NCBI GenBank assembly: GCA_034002785.1
Contig: JAVEZX010000002.1
Location: 1,526-65,525, forward strand
Origin: Bacteroidales bacterium
GTDB lineage: Bacteria; Bacteroidota; Bacteroidia; Bacteroidales; VadinHA17
Reading direction: 5' to 3'
DNA length: 64,000 bases
A program made the translations under genes and the position numbers. The notes beneath the pieces are model-generated. The model did no database searches. It saw only the letters and a program-made list of their open reading frames with translations, and was not told the origin of the DNA. Of the stretch, positions 1-9,845 are shown in pieces (the first letter of the stretch is position 1; each line of letters begins with the position of its first letter).

Positions 1-665
1 ACCAGTGCGGCCAGTTGCTGCTTCAGCTCCGGGTCAGGCCAGATCCTGTAAAGGGCGGTATATGCCTCAAGGACATGAAGATGAGTGTTCATTGTCTTCT
101 TCTCATTGGCATCCTTCGCGCTCAGGCGCAGGTCAGCGATCTCACCCCACTCACGGGTAAAGGCTTCGAAATAACCGCCACGCTCACGGTCAAAGCTGTA
201 CTTCTCAATCAGCCTGAACAGATCGATTGCCCTGTCAAGCGCCTCCCTGTCGCCCGTGCCCATATGATAAGTACTCAGCGCATAGATGAAAAAGGCCTGA
301 GAGTAGATCTGCTTTTTGGTATCCAGAGGCTCGCCGTTGCTCTTCAGGCACCAGTAAGTGCCGCCGTACTCTTCATCAAAGAAGTGCCGGAAAACGTAAT
401 CGCGGGCCCGCATGGCCATCTCCAGGTAAAGCGGGTCGGGCTTCCAGATATACGCTGCCGCAAAGCTCCACAGGATACGGGCATTCAGTATTCCACCCTT
501 AGGTGCGCCGGGAACGACGTTATCCCTGCCATCTCTCCGACCGTAAAATCCGCCGTTGTCCGGGTCTGGCATCTTCCGTATCCACCAGGGCAGGATATTG
601 CGCGTAAGCTCATCCGCAGCAGCAGCCTTCATCCCTGCGAGTATCATTGCAGCATCTTTTTTCAT
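1..665 (-). CDS. Cellobiose 2-epimerase (AGE / N-acylglucosamine 2-epimerase superfamily); N-terminal ~221 codons, with the 3' end beyond the left window edge
   Basis: Absent from the supplied ORF track because it runs off the window. My translation of the minus strand from the ATG at 665..663 gives MKKDAAMILAGMKAAAADELTRNILPWWIRKMPDPDNGGFYGRRDGRDNVVPGAPKGGILNARILWSFAAAY...EEYGGTYWCLKSNGEPLDTKKQIYSQAFFIYALSTYH...ERGGYFEAFTREW...NTHLHVLEAYTALY. This is colinear with characterised cellobiose 2-epimerases. It lies 46 nt downstream of the GH130 gene, its canonical partner. Confidence 0.85.
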   Translation of the reverse strand, partial: MKKDAAMILAGMKAAAADELTRNILPWWIRKMPDPDNGGFYGRRDGRDNVVPGAPKGGILNARILWSFAAAYIWKPDPLYLEMAMRARDYVFRHFFDEEYGGTYWCLKSNGEPLDTKKQIYSQAFFIYALSTYHMGTGDREALDRAIDLFRLIEKYSFDRERGGYFEAFTREWGEIADLRLSAKDANEKKTMNTHLHVLEAYTALYRIWPDPELKQQLAAL

Positions 666-711
666 CCTTAGAAGGTGAATTTTGCGATAAAGTATCTTTC
701 GGAAGTCACTC

Positions 712-1899
712 TCACTTTTTCCCTGCCATGAACTCCCGGTTGCGACTGATTATTGAGTTGAGTGATCTCACTGATTCCGCAGAGCGAAATCCGTCCGCCG
801 GCGTGTTCATGCAATAATCGATCAGACGTTCAACCGATGACACAGCCACGTGCATCCTTGTATCCGACGATGCGTAATAGATATAGACCGTTCCGTCATC
901 ATCAGCTATCCACCCGTTGGAGAAGAGCACGTTCGAGACGTCGCCGATGCGTTCCTCATCCACCGGGGCCATGAAATAGCCTCCCGGCTCAGCTATAATC
1001 CTGGACGGGTCATCAAGTGCAGTCATGTAGAGGTAGAGCACATACCGCAGCCCCGCGGCGCATCCCCTTACACCGTGGGCAAGATGCAGCCACCCGGCAG
1101 GCGTTTTTATCGGGTGAGGGCCCTCACCGTTCTTCATCTCCTTGATTGTGTGATAGTGCCTGAAGTTGATAATCTTCTCATCCCCCTCAGCTATCACTGC
1201 CCGGGTAATGTCATCAACCAGGGCCCATCCTATCCCTCCTCCGCTGCCGGCATCGATGAAGCCGTCCTGCGGGCGGGTGTAAAGGGCATATCTGCCGTTG
1301 ACGAACTCCGGATGAAGAACAACATTGCGTTGCTGGCTGGCCGAGACCAGGTCAGGCAGGCGTTCCCATGTCACCAGGTCTCTTGTACGGGCAATGCCGG
1401 CAGCGGCGACAGCGGATGAGAGGTCACCGGGAGCAGCTTTCGGATCCTTTCTCTCGCTGCAGAAGACCCCGTAGATCCAGCCATCCTCATGGTGTGTCAG
1501 CCTCATGTCGTACACATTAGTATCCGGATCATCAGTCTCCGGCATAGTTACAGGATAATCCCGGAACCGGAAGCTATCCACACCGTTCTGGCTTTCTGCA
1601 ATAGCGAAAAACGATTTTCTGTCGTAGCCTTCCACCCTTACAGCAAGAATATACTTACCGTTGAACCTCATTGCACCGGCATTGAATGCTGCATTGATGC
1701 CAAAGCGCTCCATCAGGTGCGGGTTGGTGTCCGGGTTGAGGTCATACCTCCATTCAAGCGGTGCATGTGCCCCTGTAAGTACAGGATATGAATACCTGTC
1801 AAATATCCCGTTTCCCGTCCCGGCCTTGATATTGCTGCGCTTAATCAATGCCTCGTGCTCTTCAGTGAGCTTCGCAAGGCGTATTTTGAAATTATCCAT
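712..1899 (-). CDS. 4-O-beta-D-mannosyl-D-glucose phosphorylase (GH130, subfamily-1 type)
   Basis: 395-aa ORF with no signal peptide. It resembles the Bacteroides fragilis-type mannosylglucose phosphorylase end to end as I recall it ([96 protein letters not shown]). It is flanked by a GH26 mannanase and the epimerase. Confidence 0.9.
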   Translation of the reverse strand: MDNFKIRLAKLTEEHEALIKRSNIKAGTGNGIFDRYSYPVLTGAHAPLEWRYDLNPDTNPHLMERFGINAAFNAGAMRFNGKYILAVRVEGYDRKSFFAIAESQNGVDSFRFRDYPVTMPETDDPDTNVYDMRLTHHEDGWIYGVFCSERKDPKAAPGDLSSAVAAAGIARTRDLVTWERLPDLVSASQQRNVVLHPEFVNGRYALYTRPQDGFIDAGSGGGIGWALVDDITRAVIAEGDEKIINFRHYHTIKEMKNGEGPHPIKTPAGWLHLAHGVRGCAAGLRYVLYLYMTALDDPSRIIAEPGGYFMAPVDEERIGDVSNVLFSNGWIADDDGTVYIYYASSDTRMHVAVSSVERLIDYCMNTPADGFRSAESVRSLNSIISRNREFMAGKK

Positions 1900-1912
1900 T
1901 CTGCTTTGCTGA

Positions 1913-3043
1913 TTATTCCTGTTTATAGATTTCCAGTGCCGTCACATCCTTCTGGAAAAGTGATTCGGGCAGATTATAAAAGTCAATGAAGTCCTGTGCG
2001 CTCATATGTCCCGGATGGGGAGCATAGAAGTGTCCCGGTTTGTTGTGGGCATTGCGCCACACAAGTGCATAGGATATGCGGTGATCCCTCATGGCAGGCC
2101 AGAATGTTCCTGTCCACCATGTTGAATCGGGAATTCCTTCGTACCCGGCCTCGGTCAGCGCCGCCAGTTTACCATGAGCGGCAGCTGCTTCGGTGACGAT
2201 ACCCAGCACCCGGTGCACATTATCAGTAAACGACCTGTTGCCTGCTACCGGCATCTGGTAGTAGTCGAATCCCATGAGGTCAACATATTCATCACCCGGG
2301 TAGCGCTCAAGATACTGCTCCGTGCTGCTGATATCGCCACCGCTTGAATAGGCGAAGAGCAGGTTGTGAAGGTTCTTCTCTCCGCAGAGGTACTCGAAGG
2401 TGAATCGCCACAGGGCGATGAACTCTTCTGTTGTGCACAGATCCTGTCCCCACCAGAACCAGCTTCCCGTATGCTCATGCCAGGGGCGGAAAATCACCGG
2501 AATTGCCACACCTTTATCATCCTTCAGTGATGCAATAAATTCAGCCAGGTTATCAAGCCAGGCCCTGAACTCTTCATGTTTCTCCCCTCCGGGCAGCACC
2601 GAAGCCACCACCCTGTCAGAAGTTACATCCCAAGAGCTGCCGCCGGTAAGCGGGTTATCAACATGCCAGCTGAAGGTTATAACGCCTCCGCGTGCCCATA
2701 TCTCACCTGCCCACTTCTTCATGTCACCGAAGGGCACGGAATCGAGGTTAACTGCTGAACGGTGTTCGATATCGCCGAGATCCATGCCGTATACGGCAGG
2801 GAAGTCACCGGTGACCCGTTTTACATCAGACTCACCTCCCGGATGAATCCAACCGATACCGTAAGCCAGGTCATCCTGGTGTCCGAACATAATGCCCTGC
2901 CCGGCAGCATGCTTCAGTCCTGCCAGCATGTTTACTGTCTCAGGGGTAGCCGATCTGTCGGCAGGACCTGTTCTTCCGGCGTCTCCCGTATTGCAGGCTG
3001 TCAAAAACAGCATCGCCACGGTCAGATTGAGTATCCTGTTCAT
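1913..3043 (-). CDS. Endo-beta-1,4-mannanase, GH26, lipoprotein
   Basis: Lipobox (MLFLTAC). GH26 motifs are present: [23 protein letters not shown] (acid/base Glu) and ALTEAGYEG (nucleophile Glu). Confidence 0.85.
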   Translation of the reverse strand: MNRILNLTVAMLFLTACNTGDAGRTGPADRSATPETVNMLAGLKHAAGQGIMFGHQDDLAYGIGWIHPGGESDVKRVTGDFPAVYGMDLGDIEHRSAVNLDSVPFGDMKKWAGEIWARGGVITFSWHVDNPLTGGSSWDVTSDRVVASVLPGGEKHEEFRAWLDNLAEFIASLKDDKGVAIPVIFRPWHEHTGSWFWWGQDLCTTEEFIALWRFTFEYLCGEKNLHNLLFAYSSGGDISSTEQYLERYPGDEYVDLMGFDYYQMPVAGNRSFTDNVHRVLGIVTEAAAAHGKLAALTEAGYEGIPDSTWWTGTFWPAMRDHRISYALVWRNAHNKPGHFYAPHPGHMSAQDFIDFYNLPESLFQKDVTALEIYKQE

Positions 3044-3050
3044 GTGAGGG

Positions 3051-4352
3051 TTATTTTTTAGTAAGAGATGAGAGGCGAAGGCTGAAATCAGAAATTATGC
3101 CTACAGTGGAGTCAGTGTCAAACACCGAGTTCAGTCCCTGTTCCTCCTGGGGCGGGTCTCCCAGGTAGTCATCACCGGGAAGCCAGTGGATCCTGCCTTC
3201 AGCAGCCCTTCCCTCTCCGGCGTAGGCCCATATATTGCAACCTGCAAGCGGCCCGAGGCGACCGGCATGGTCAAGCACCTGTCCGAACGCATTGCCGTAA
3301 TAGGTGTCACGGGCCACTGTCGGCTCATCAGGCGAGAATCCGTGAAAATCGCGAGGCAGTCCGAATTCCTCTAGAACTATCGGCTTGTTCAGCCTCTCAG
3401 CCACCTCCAGGTGGTCATTTATATACCTGTTGGTCAGCACAATAGCCGTATCAAGGGTGCCCCCTATATTCCTGATATCCAGCCAGCCCCAGTTTTTCGG
3501 CCATATATGCATAACCAGATAATCGATGTTCGGATCAGCATGGATACGTTCAAAGACCTCCATCTTCTGCTCGCAACCGTGCCGGCCCTCGGTACCGGTT
3601 GTCACCAGGTGGTTTTCATCGAGTTCCTGAAGCAATGCCGCAATGCGGGCAATCATAGCCTCGAATGCCGGGATATTTTCATCCGAGAATGCCCTCGGTT
3701 CATTGGCGATCTCCCATGTCATTATTGCGGGGTCCTCAGTATACTTCAATCCTGTATAACCGTTTGTCCGCCCCACAATGAATCTTATGAACTCCTCGAA
3801 CTGGCTGATGCATGGCTCGCAGCTGTTGAACTGCCCGGAGAAGCTCATGAACTGAGACCAGGTGTTGGGCGCCAGATTGGGATTGGGTATGGGGCCGTAA
3901 CCGTTCCAGCTGAGGTACTGCGAGAATCCCCCGCTCCAGTCCCATGCGTTGTTGAGGAAGAGGATTGCATGCATCCCCCTTTTGCCCATCTCGGCCAGCA
4001 GGAAGTCGAGTCCGGCAAGCATTTCCTCACTGTATTCACCCGGAGCGACCTGCAGCGCCGGAGTAACCCTGTAAGGCTCATTGTCAGGCCCTTCCGGACC
4101 AACCATCACCCTCAGGTTGGTGATACCTATGCTCTTCATATGGTCAAGTTCCCTGAGCAGCCGTCCACGGTCACCATACTCGCCCTCCGTGCCAATGATG
4201 GCCCCGTACCAGTAGTTGGCGCCAATGAAATACAAGGGCTCCCCGGCTAACCGGAAGATCCCGTCTTCAACGATAACATAATTCTGTTCCTGACTGCGGC
4301 CGCAGCCGGAAAGGGCAATCATCAGCAGCAGCCCCGGCAATACTCTTCTCAT
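3051..4352 (-). CDS. GH5 endo-beta-1,4-mannanase-like glycoside hydrolase, lipoprotein
   Basis: Lipobox (ALSGC). GH5 clan-A motifs are present: LFLNNAWDWSGGFSQY, MTWEIANEPR (acid/base) and VLEEFG (nucleophile). First gene of the GH5-GH26-GH130-epimerase string. Confidence 0.75.
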   Translation of the reverse strand: MRRVLPGLLLMIALSGCGRSQEQNYVIVEDGIFRLAGEPLYFIGANYWYGAIIGTEGEYGDRGRLLRELDHMKSIGITNLRVMVGPEGPDNEPYRVTPALQVAPGEYSEEMLAGLDFLLAEMGKRGMHAILFLNNAWDWSGGFSQYLSWNGYGPIPNPNLAPNTWSQFMSFSGQFNSCEPCISQFEEFIRFIVGRTNGYTGLKYTEDPAIMTWEIANEPRAFSDENIPAFEAMIARIAALLQELDENHLVTTGTEGRHGCEQKMEVFERIHADPNIDYLVMHIWPKNWGWLDIRNIGGTLDTAIVLTNRYINDHLEVAERLNKPIVLEEFGLPRDFHGFSPDEPTVARDTYYGNAFGQVLDHAGRLGPLAGCNIWAYAGEGRAAEGRIHWLPGDDYLGDPPQEEQGLNSVFDTDSTVGIISDFSLRLSSLTKK

Positions 4353-4377
4353 AGAATGCGCTTTGTACGATCTATAT

Positions 4378-4385
4378 CAAAAATA
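4378..4385 (-). promoter_or_regulatory. Candidate Bacteroidota -7 promoter box (TATTTTTG on the minus strand) for the GH5-GH26-GH130-epimerase operon
   Basis: The reverse complement of caaaaata matches the TAnnTTTG consensus. It lies 26 nt upstream of the GH5 ATG (4352). Confidence 0.35.
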
Positions 4386-4651
4386 AGAAATCACCCATTC
4401 GGTGATATAATATCATTCGTTTAAATAGTGATACTATAATGCCATTGTTAAACTTCAGATGGCATAATCTGAACTGCTGACCGGTACATTTTTGATCAAT
4501 AATGCACCCTTAATACGGGTATAAACATTAACCCAATATGCATACATCTGAACTATTGCATTTTGAAAAATATGGAACCCCCTGATTTGATCTATAGGAT
4601 TTTTGCTGTAACTTTATATCGCTGATCATCCGGAGTACAAGAAAGCGAGCA

Positions 4652-5533
4652 ATGACCGAAAATATCCTGAAAGAGATTACCCCGCTGACCCAGTCAGACT
4701 GCTTTACATATTTCCACCGGGCAAAGTCTGAATTTGATTTCCCCCTTCACTACCATGATGAGATTGAACTCAATTTCATACGAAATGCCAGGGGCGCAAA
4801 GCGAATAATCGGTGATCACGTAGAGGAGATTGGCGATATGGAGCTTGCTCTTGTGGGGCCGGGACTGCCTCACGGCTGGTTCGGATCAGGATTCGGATCT
4901 GACCAGGTGCAGGAGATAACCATTCAGTTTCATAAGGATTTCTTTGACGAGAAATTCCTCCAGAAGAACCAGCTGAACTTTATCCGCAACATGCTGCGCA
5001 GGTCTCTTCGCGGTATACTCTTCTCGCCGGAGACCACAGCCCGTCTGGAGACGCGCATATTAAACCTGGAGAAGAAGCAGGGCTTCGACTCTGTCCTCGA
5101 ACTGATGAGTATCCTTCATGATCTTTCAATATCACGTGATTACCGGGTGTTGTCTGATTCAGGATTCAGCGATGCAGAGGTCTTCTCTTACAACAGCCGG
5201 CGGATAGAGAAGGTGATGGAGTTCATCCACACCTCCTTTGACAGGCAGATCACGCTTGGCGAGGCTGCCAGGATTGCAAGCATGACCGAGTCTGCCTTCA
5301 GCCGCTTCTTCAAGCTGAGGACAGGCATGACCTTCATAGACTGTGTTACGGAGGTGCGCCTGGGGCATGCCTCAAGGATGCTGATCTCAACAACAAAGAC
5401 GATAGCTGAGATTGCCTATTCATGCGGATTCAACAACATATCCAACTTCAACCGTATATTCAGGAGGAAGAAGGGATGCACGCCCAGGGAACTCCGTGAT
5501 AGCTATGATCAGGGGACAAGGGTCTTCATCTGA
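4652..5533 (+). CDS. AraC-family transcriptional regulator (N-terminal cupin sensor + C-terminal double HTH)
   Basis: The cupin-like N-terminus reads FPLHYHDEIELNFIRNARGAKRIIGDHVEEIGDMELALVGPGLPHGW. The C-terminal AraC HTH reads ITLGEAARIASMTESAFSRFFK...IAEIAYSCGFNNISNFNRIFRRKKGCTPRELR. It is divergent from the mannanase operon. Confidence 0.9.
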   Translation: MTENILKEITPLTQSDCFTYFHRAKSEFDFPLHYHDEIELNFIRNARGAKRIIGDHVEEIGDMELALVGPGLPHGWFGSGFGSDQVQEITIQFHKDFFDEKFLQKNQLNFIRNMLRRSLRGILFSPETTARLETRILNLEKKQGFDSVLELMSILHDLSISRDYRVLSDSGFSDAEVFSYNSRRIEKVMEFIHTSFDRQITLGEAARIASMTESAFSRFFKLRTGMTFIDCVTEVRLGHASRMLISTTKTIAEIAYSCGFNNISNFNRIFRRKKGCTPRELRDSYDQGTRVFI

Positions 5534-5634
5534 CAACAAAAGATGACACCAGGGCACAAGGATCTTCATCTGACCTTCGCAAATGCGTCATGGTCAGGAC
5601 CCGTGGCCCGCACGCCAGACCATAACCCTGTCTG

Positions 5635-8064
5635 TTATCTTACCCTTAGAGTACAGACAGTGTCAGGCAGGCCGTCTGATGAGGCAGTAATTTTAACCTC
5701 CCCTTTTTCCTTTCCTGCCTTCACAACCACAAGGCACTTCCCGTTGTAAGCTTTCCTGTAGTCAGCCTTGAATGGTTCCATGCTTGTCTGGCTGCCATTG
5801 TCAACACCTGCAATCATACCGGGACCTTCAACGGAAAAGTTCACCATATTACCTGCATGAGGCAAGGTATTTCCGTTACGGTCAATAACAGTAACTGTAA
5901 TAAACGAAAGATCTGCATCGTCTGCATTTATCTCACTGCGGTCAGGCGTCAGCACCAATCCGGCAGGCTCACCGGCTGTGGAAACCGTCTTTCTCATTAT
6001 CTCGGTACCGTTCCTGTAACCGACACCCAGTAAGGTACCCTCTTCAAACGGCACTTTCCAGACAAGGTTATAATCGTTCTCTCCCCTGGTCTGCCTCCCG
6101 AGAGATACGTCGTTAAGGAACAGCTCAACCTCATCACAGTTTGTAAATGCCCACACATCCACCGTCTGACCGGGATTCCAGTTCCAGTGCGGGAAGATAT
6201 GTAGCACATCCTTGTCGGTCCATTCACTCTGGTAGAACCAGTAGACATCTTTCGGGAAGCCGGCCAGATCAATGATGCCGAAATAGGAGCTTCGTGCCGG
6301 CCACCAGTAGGGAGTGGGTTCGCCCAGGTAGTCAAAGCCGGTCCAGATATACATCCCCGTGAGGTAGGCATTCTCCTTTATCAGCCTCCAGCTGTCACGA
6401 TGGGTTGTACCCCACGGTGCCGAGCAGTTGTCATATGCCGAGCATGTCAGGTCCGGATTACCGTCCTTGAAGGGCTGATCCCAGCGTACAGGCCAGCGCC
6501 GGATGATCTCTGACGGCAAATCGTAGCTGCCACGTGTGGCAAGCGCCGAAGTGGTCTCCGTGCCAATATATTTGCCGCCGGGGAACATCTCCGGCAACCT
6601 TGTCCAGAGCGTATCACGGTAATTGAATCCTATGAGATCAAGGGCGCCTGAGGCGATGACCGGGTTGTGCGGCATCGGGTCATTGCATGCCGCCGTCACT
6701 GGCCTGGTATCATCCAGGGAACGGACAATGCCTGCCAGTTCGGTGGCGATGGCTTCACCGCTGCCGTTCCGCTCCCACTGTTCCATCACTTCATTACCGA
6801 TGCTCCAGATGAAAACCGAAGGATGATTGCGGTCGCGAAGCACCATTGCCTCCAGATCCCTCCTGTGCCAATCGTCAAAGTCCAGACCGTAGTCGAATTC
6901 TGTCTTTTTCACCTTCCATATGTCGAAAGCCTCATCCATGACTATGAAGCCCATCCTGTCACACAGATCAAGCAGTTCCGGAGCAGGGGGGTTATGCGAT
7001 GTGCGAATACCGTTGCACCCCATCTCCTTTAGTATCTCCAGCTGCCTCTCAATAGCACGGGTGTTGACTGCAGCACCCAGGCACCCCAGGTCATGATGAT
7101 TGCATACCCCCTTTATGACTACCGGCTCACCGTTGAGGATGAATCCCTTTTCAGCATCAAATTCAAACGACCTGATGCCGGTTACCGTCTCATATACGTC
7201 GGCCAGCAGCTGTCCTGACCGGATCCTGGTTTCAACCCTGTAAAGCTGAGGGTTCTCCACTGACCAGAGCCGGGGAGAATCTATCTTCAGTTCCTGCGTC
7301 ACCGTGGTACCTGCATCAGTAAGCTCAACCTGATCAGTCTCCGCTTTAGCCACTTTCCTGTTTTCAGGATCATAGACCGTTGTCTCAAGTCTTATGCCAG
7401 CCCTGCCCCCGGTGGCGTTACTCACCTGCGTAGTCACTCTCAGGAGGGCAGCTTCGGCTGACACTTCCGGTGTGGTAACAAAGGTACCCCAGTGGTCAAC
7501 AGCAATCTTTCCGGTGATTGTCAGCCAGACATTGCGATAGATACCTGACCCTGAATACCACCTGGAGTTGGGCTGCTTCGAATTGTCAACCTTTACGGCA
7601 ATCACGTTAGCCTCATCACCATAATTGAGCCAAGGCGTCATGTTATACCTGAAGGAACTGTAGCCGTATGGCCTTTTCCCAAGATAGTTCCCGTTAATCC
7701 ATACCTCGCTGTTACGGTAAACACCGTCAAATGAAATGTATGTCAGCTTCTCCCTGTCATCACTGCTGATCCTGAATGTCTTGCGGTACCATCCTATACC
7801 GCCTGGCAGGGCCCCGCCGCCGGGAGAGGCCGGATGATTCTCGCTGAACTCCCCCTCGATGCTCCAGTCGTGCGGCAGATCAAGTTCTCTCCATCCGCTG
7901 TCATCATAACCCGGCTGAAAAGCCTCATCTCCTGCAGTAAGCGAAAACTTCCACCCGTCATTGAAACTGACATGATTTCGCGGCTCAGGCTGTGAACAGC
8001 CTTGAATAACAGCCGCCAACGCGATTGCCATCAGCAATCGTGACACTGTTTGTCTTCCCTCCAT
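5635..8064 (-). CDS. GH2 glycoside hydrolase (beta-galactosidase-like architecture), lipoprotein
   Basis: Lipobox (VIQGC). The GH2 N-terminal sugar-binding region reads FNDGWKF...WRELDLPHDWSIEG. The TIM-barrel motif is NHPSVFIWSIGNEV. The C-terminal Ig-like/DUF4982-type tail reads DLSFITVTVIDRNGN. Confidence 0.8.
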   Translation of the reverse strand: MEGRQTVSRLLMAIALAAVIQGCSQPEPRNHVSFNDGWKFSLTAGDEAFQPGYDDSGWRELDLPHDWSIEGEFSENHPASPGGGALPGGIGWYRKTFRISSDDREKLTYISFDGVYRNSEVWINGNYLGKRPYGYSSFRYNMTPWLNYGDEANVIAVKVDNSKQPNSRWYSGSGIYRNVWLTITGKIAVDHWGTFVTTPEVSAEAALLRVTTQVSNATGGRAGIRLETTVYDPENRKVAKAETDQVELTDAGTTVTQELKIDSPRLWSVENPQLYRVETRIRSGQLLADVYETVTGIRSFEFDAEKGFILNGEPVVIKGVCNHHDLGCLGAAVNTRAIERQLEILKEMGCNGIRTSHNPPAPELLDLCDRMGFIVMDEAFDIWKVKKTEFDYGLDFDDWHRRDLEAMVLRDRNHPSVFIWSIGNEVMEQWERNGSGEAIATELAGIVRSLDDTRPVTAACNDPMPHNPVIASGALDLIGFNYRDTLWTRLPEMFPGGKYIGTETTSALATRGSYDLPSEIIRRWPVRWDQPFKDGNPDLTCSAYDNCSAPWGTTHRDSWRLIKENAYLTGMYIWTGFDYLGEPTPYWWPARSSYFGIIDLAGFPKDVYWFYQSEWTDKDVLHIFPHWNWNPGQTVDVWAFTNCDEVELFLNDVSLGRQTRGENDYNLVWKVPFEEGTLLGVGYRNGTEIMRKTVSTAGEPAGLVLTPDRSEINADDADLSFITVTVIDRNGNTLPHAGNMVNFSVEGPGMIAGVDNGSQTSMEPFKADYRKAYNGKCLVVVKAGKEKGEVKITASSDGLPDTVCTLRVR

Positions 8065-8079
8065 AACAGTTATATTTAG

Positions 8080-9816
8080 TTAATTCAATCCCAGTTTACT
8101 TCTGATCCATTTCATTTTGGCATTGTAGAAATGGTCAGGCAGACCGTGGCCCGCATAAGGATAAACAATATATTTCTTTTCCGCCGTCACCAGGTTGTAG
8201 GCCGCAAAATTGATATGCGGGGGACAAACCTCATCCATCAGCCCCACTCCCATTAACATCGGAGCCTTTATCATGTGTGCAAGGTTCTTTATGTCAAAGT
8301 AACTCAGGGTGTAAAAGGCCTCATCCCAGGTCAGCTTTTTCTGCTGGTCAATCAGCTCGACGAACTCGTTGCCGGGCCAGAGTGCAACTTTAAAGTAATC
8401 CCTGAAGTCTGACAGGAAGGGCACCTGTGGCGCGCATACTGCTATCCTGTCGTTGTTCAGGGCCGCAGTCGCGAAGGTGAGGGCACCGCCCTGACTGGCT
8501 CCTTCCACGGCGATGCGTGAGGCATCCACCTCGGGCCTTGAGGAGAGGAAATCAACAGCCCTGACACAGTCCATATAGGCACCGCGATAGATATACTTCT
8601 CCCTCTCTTCCAGGTTGGAGAGTATATATCCGGGGAAGCCGGGGCTGACATCGTCGGTGCTGTTGCCGTGACCCCTGATATTCAGTCCGAATCCGATTAT
8701 ATCATCACCATAATTGACGTATGAGGGTACCATTACGGAGCTGTATCCCTGCACCTGCATGATTGCAGGATAACGGCCCGGTTTGACCGGCACCCTGTAC
8801 CAGCCCCTGATGAGAGCGTTGCCGAGAGATCTCATCTCCACAAGGTATACATTGTGCTTCTCTGTACAGAGACTGTCAATGCGTATAAGGTTAAACTGCG
8901 GATCCACGGTTGCCAGCTCGGCCTTCGCCCTCTGCCAGAACTCAGCAAAATCGGGCTGCGGATCAGCCGGTGAAACAATCTTTTCAGGCTCATAGCCGAA
9001 GTTGAAGCTGTACTTATTGTTGCCCATCTTGCTCTCGAGGGCGACTGTGGCCTTGTAGAATCCGGGTTTGAGGTCCTTCACCCTGAAAACAAAGCGGCCG
9101 GTGCTCATTTTTTTGACAGCTACATCCCGGTAGGACCTGTCAAACTCCTCTCCGAAATCTGTCATGATCTTTAGGGTAATGGCGCCCCGGTACTTTTTCC
9201 TGAACTCGCTTTTGATAATTACGGGAATATCCAATTCGGGCGATCCGAGCACAATCCTGTCTTCTGCCGCAAATTCAACTCCCAGGCTCAGAAGATCAGG
9301 ATTGCCCCTGTTCGTCAGTTCTGCAGGGCCACCATACAGGCCTCCGTCGCCTCCGGCATCATACACTCTGACGGCAACTGTATTCTTTTTGCCCCATTGA
9401 ACATACTCCGGGGGGATGAGATATGAGCGCTGCACATCGTAGGCCCCGGCATAATCAGGCGGCATCTTCCCGGTAGCCCCGATCATGTGACCGTTGAAGA
9501 AGGTCTCATCAGCATCATCAATCTTGCCCAGGTTAAGCATCAGGCCGCCATACTTTAATGCATTCTTTTTCATCTTTACAGGGATGACAACTTTCACCCT
9601 GTACCAGGCATAGCCGTCACCCTTTATCCCCTGCCGCTCCCAGACGGTCAGAGGAGAGATGTCGTTCCACCAGTAGTCGTTCAGCGCGGAATCAATGTAC
9701 TGAGGCTTGTCGCCCTGCAGGAATTTCCATTCTGCGGGTATAATGCTCTGTGCAAGGCAGGATGCTGCCGCCACCAGCAGGACAACAGTGACCAGAAACA
9801 CTCTCTTTATCATCAT
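8080..9816 (-). CDS. Acetyl esterase of the AXE1/CE7-like family, fused to an N-terminal galactose-binding-like beta-sandwich domain
   Basis: Signal peptide present. The N-terminal ~170 aa resemble the GH2/sialate-esterase-type sugar-binding domain (WYRVKVVIP...FFNGHMIG...VAVRVYD). The C-terminal alpha/beta hydrolase has the GASQGG nucleophile elbow, IRGHGNS and YPYAGHG. Confidence 0.7.
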   Translation of the reverse strand: MMIKRVFLVTVVLLVAAASCLAQSIIPAEWKFLQGDKPQYIDSALNDYWWNDISPLTVWERQGIKGDGYAWYRVKVVIPVKMKKNALKYGGLMLNLGKIDDADETFFNGHMIGATGKMPPDYAGAYDVQRSYLIPPEYVQWGKKNTVAVRVYDAGGDGGLYGGPAELTNRGNPDLLSLGVEFAAEDRIVLGSPELDIPVIIKSEFRKKYRGAITLKIMTDFGEEFDRSYRDVAVKKMSTGRFVFRVKDLKPGFYKATVALESKMGNNKYSFNFGYEPEKIVSPADPQPDFAEFWQRAKAELATVDPQFNLIRIDSLCTEKHNVYLVEMRSLGNALIRGWYRVPVKPGRYPAIMQVQGYSSVMVPSYVNYGDDIIGFGLNIRGHGNSTDDVSPGFPGYILSNLEEREKYIYRGAYMDCVRAVDFLSSRPEVDASRIAVEGASQGGALTFATAALNNDRIAVCAPQVPFLSDFRDYFKVALWPGNEFVELIDQQKKLTWDEAFYTLSYFDIKNLAHMIKAPMLMGVGLMDEVCPPHINFAAYNLVTAEKKYIVYPYAGHGLPDHFYNAKMKWIRSKLGLN

Positions 9817-9845
9817 TTCTCTAAAATTTTAAAACAACACTATTC

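Noticed and set aside
15-671. 218-aa plus-strand ORF from the track at the left edge
   Set aside because: It lies exactly antisense to a clearly recognisable cellobiose 2-epimerase reading frame. It has a TTG start and no motifs, so it is a shadow ORF.
3411-4250. 279-aa plus-strand ORF antisense to the GH5 gene. Similar long antisense ORFs occur at 16889-17728, 21818-22483, 35226-35894, 48698-49624 and 58548-59147.
   Set aside because: Each lies wholly inside a gene with strong family motifs on the other strand. Their translations are Arg/Pro/Ser/His-rich and low in complexity, with no recognisable domains. They are typical shadow ORFs of moderately GC-rich coding DNA.
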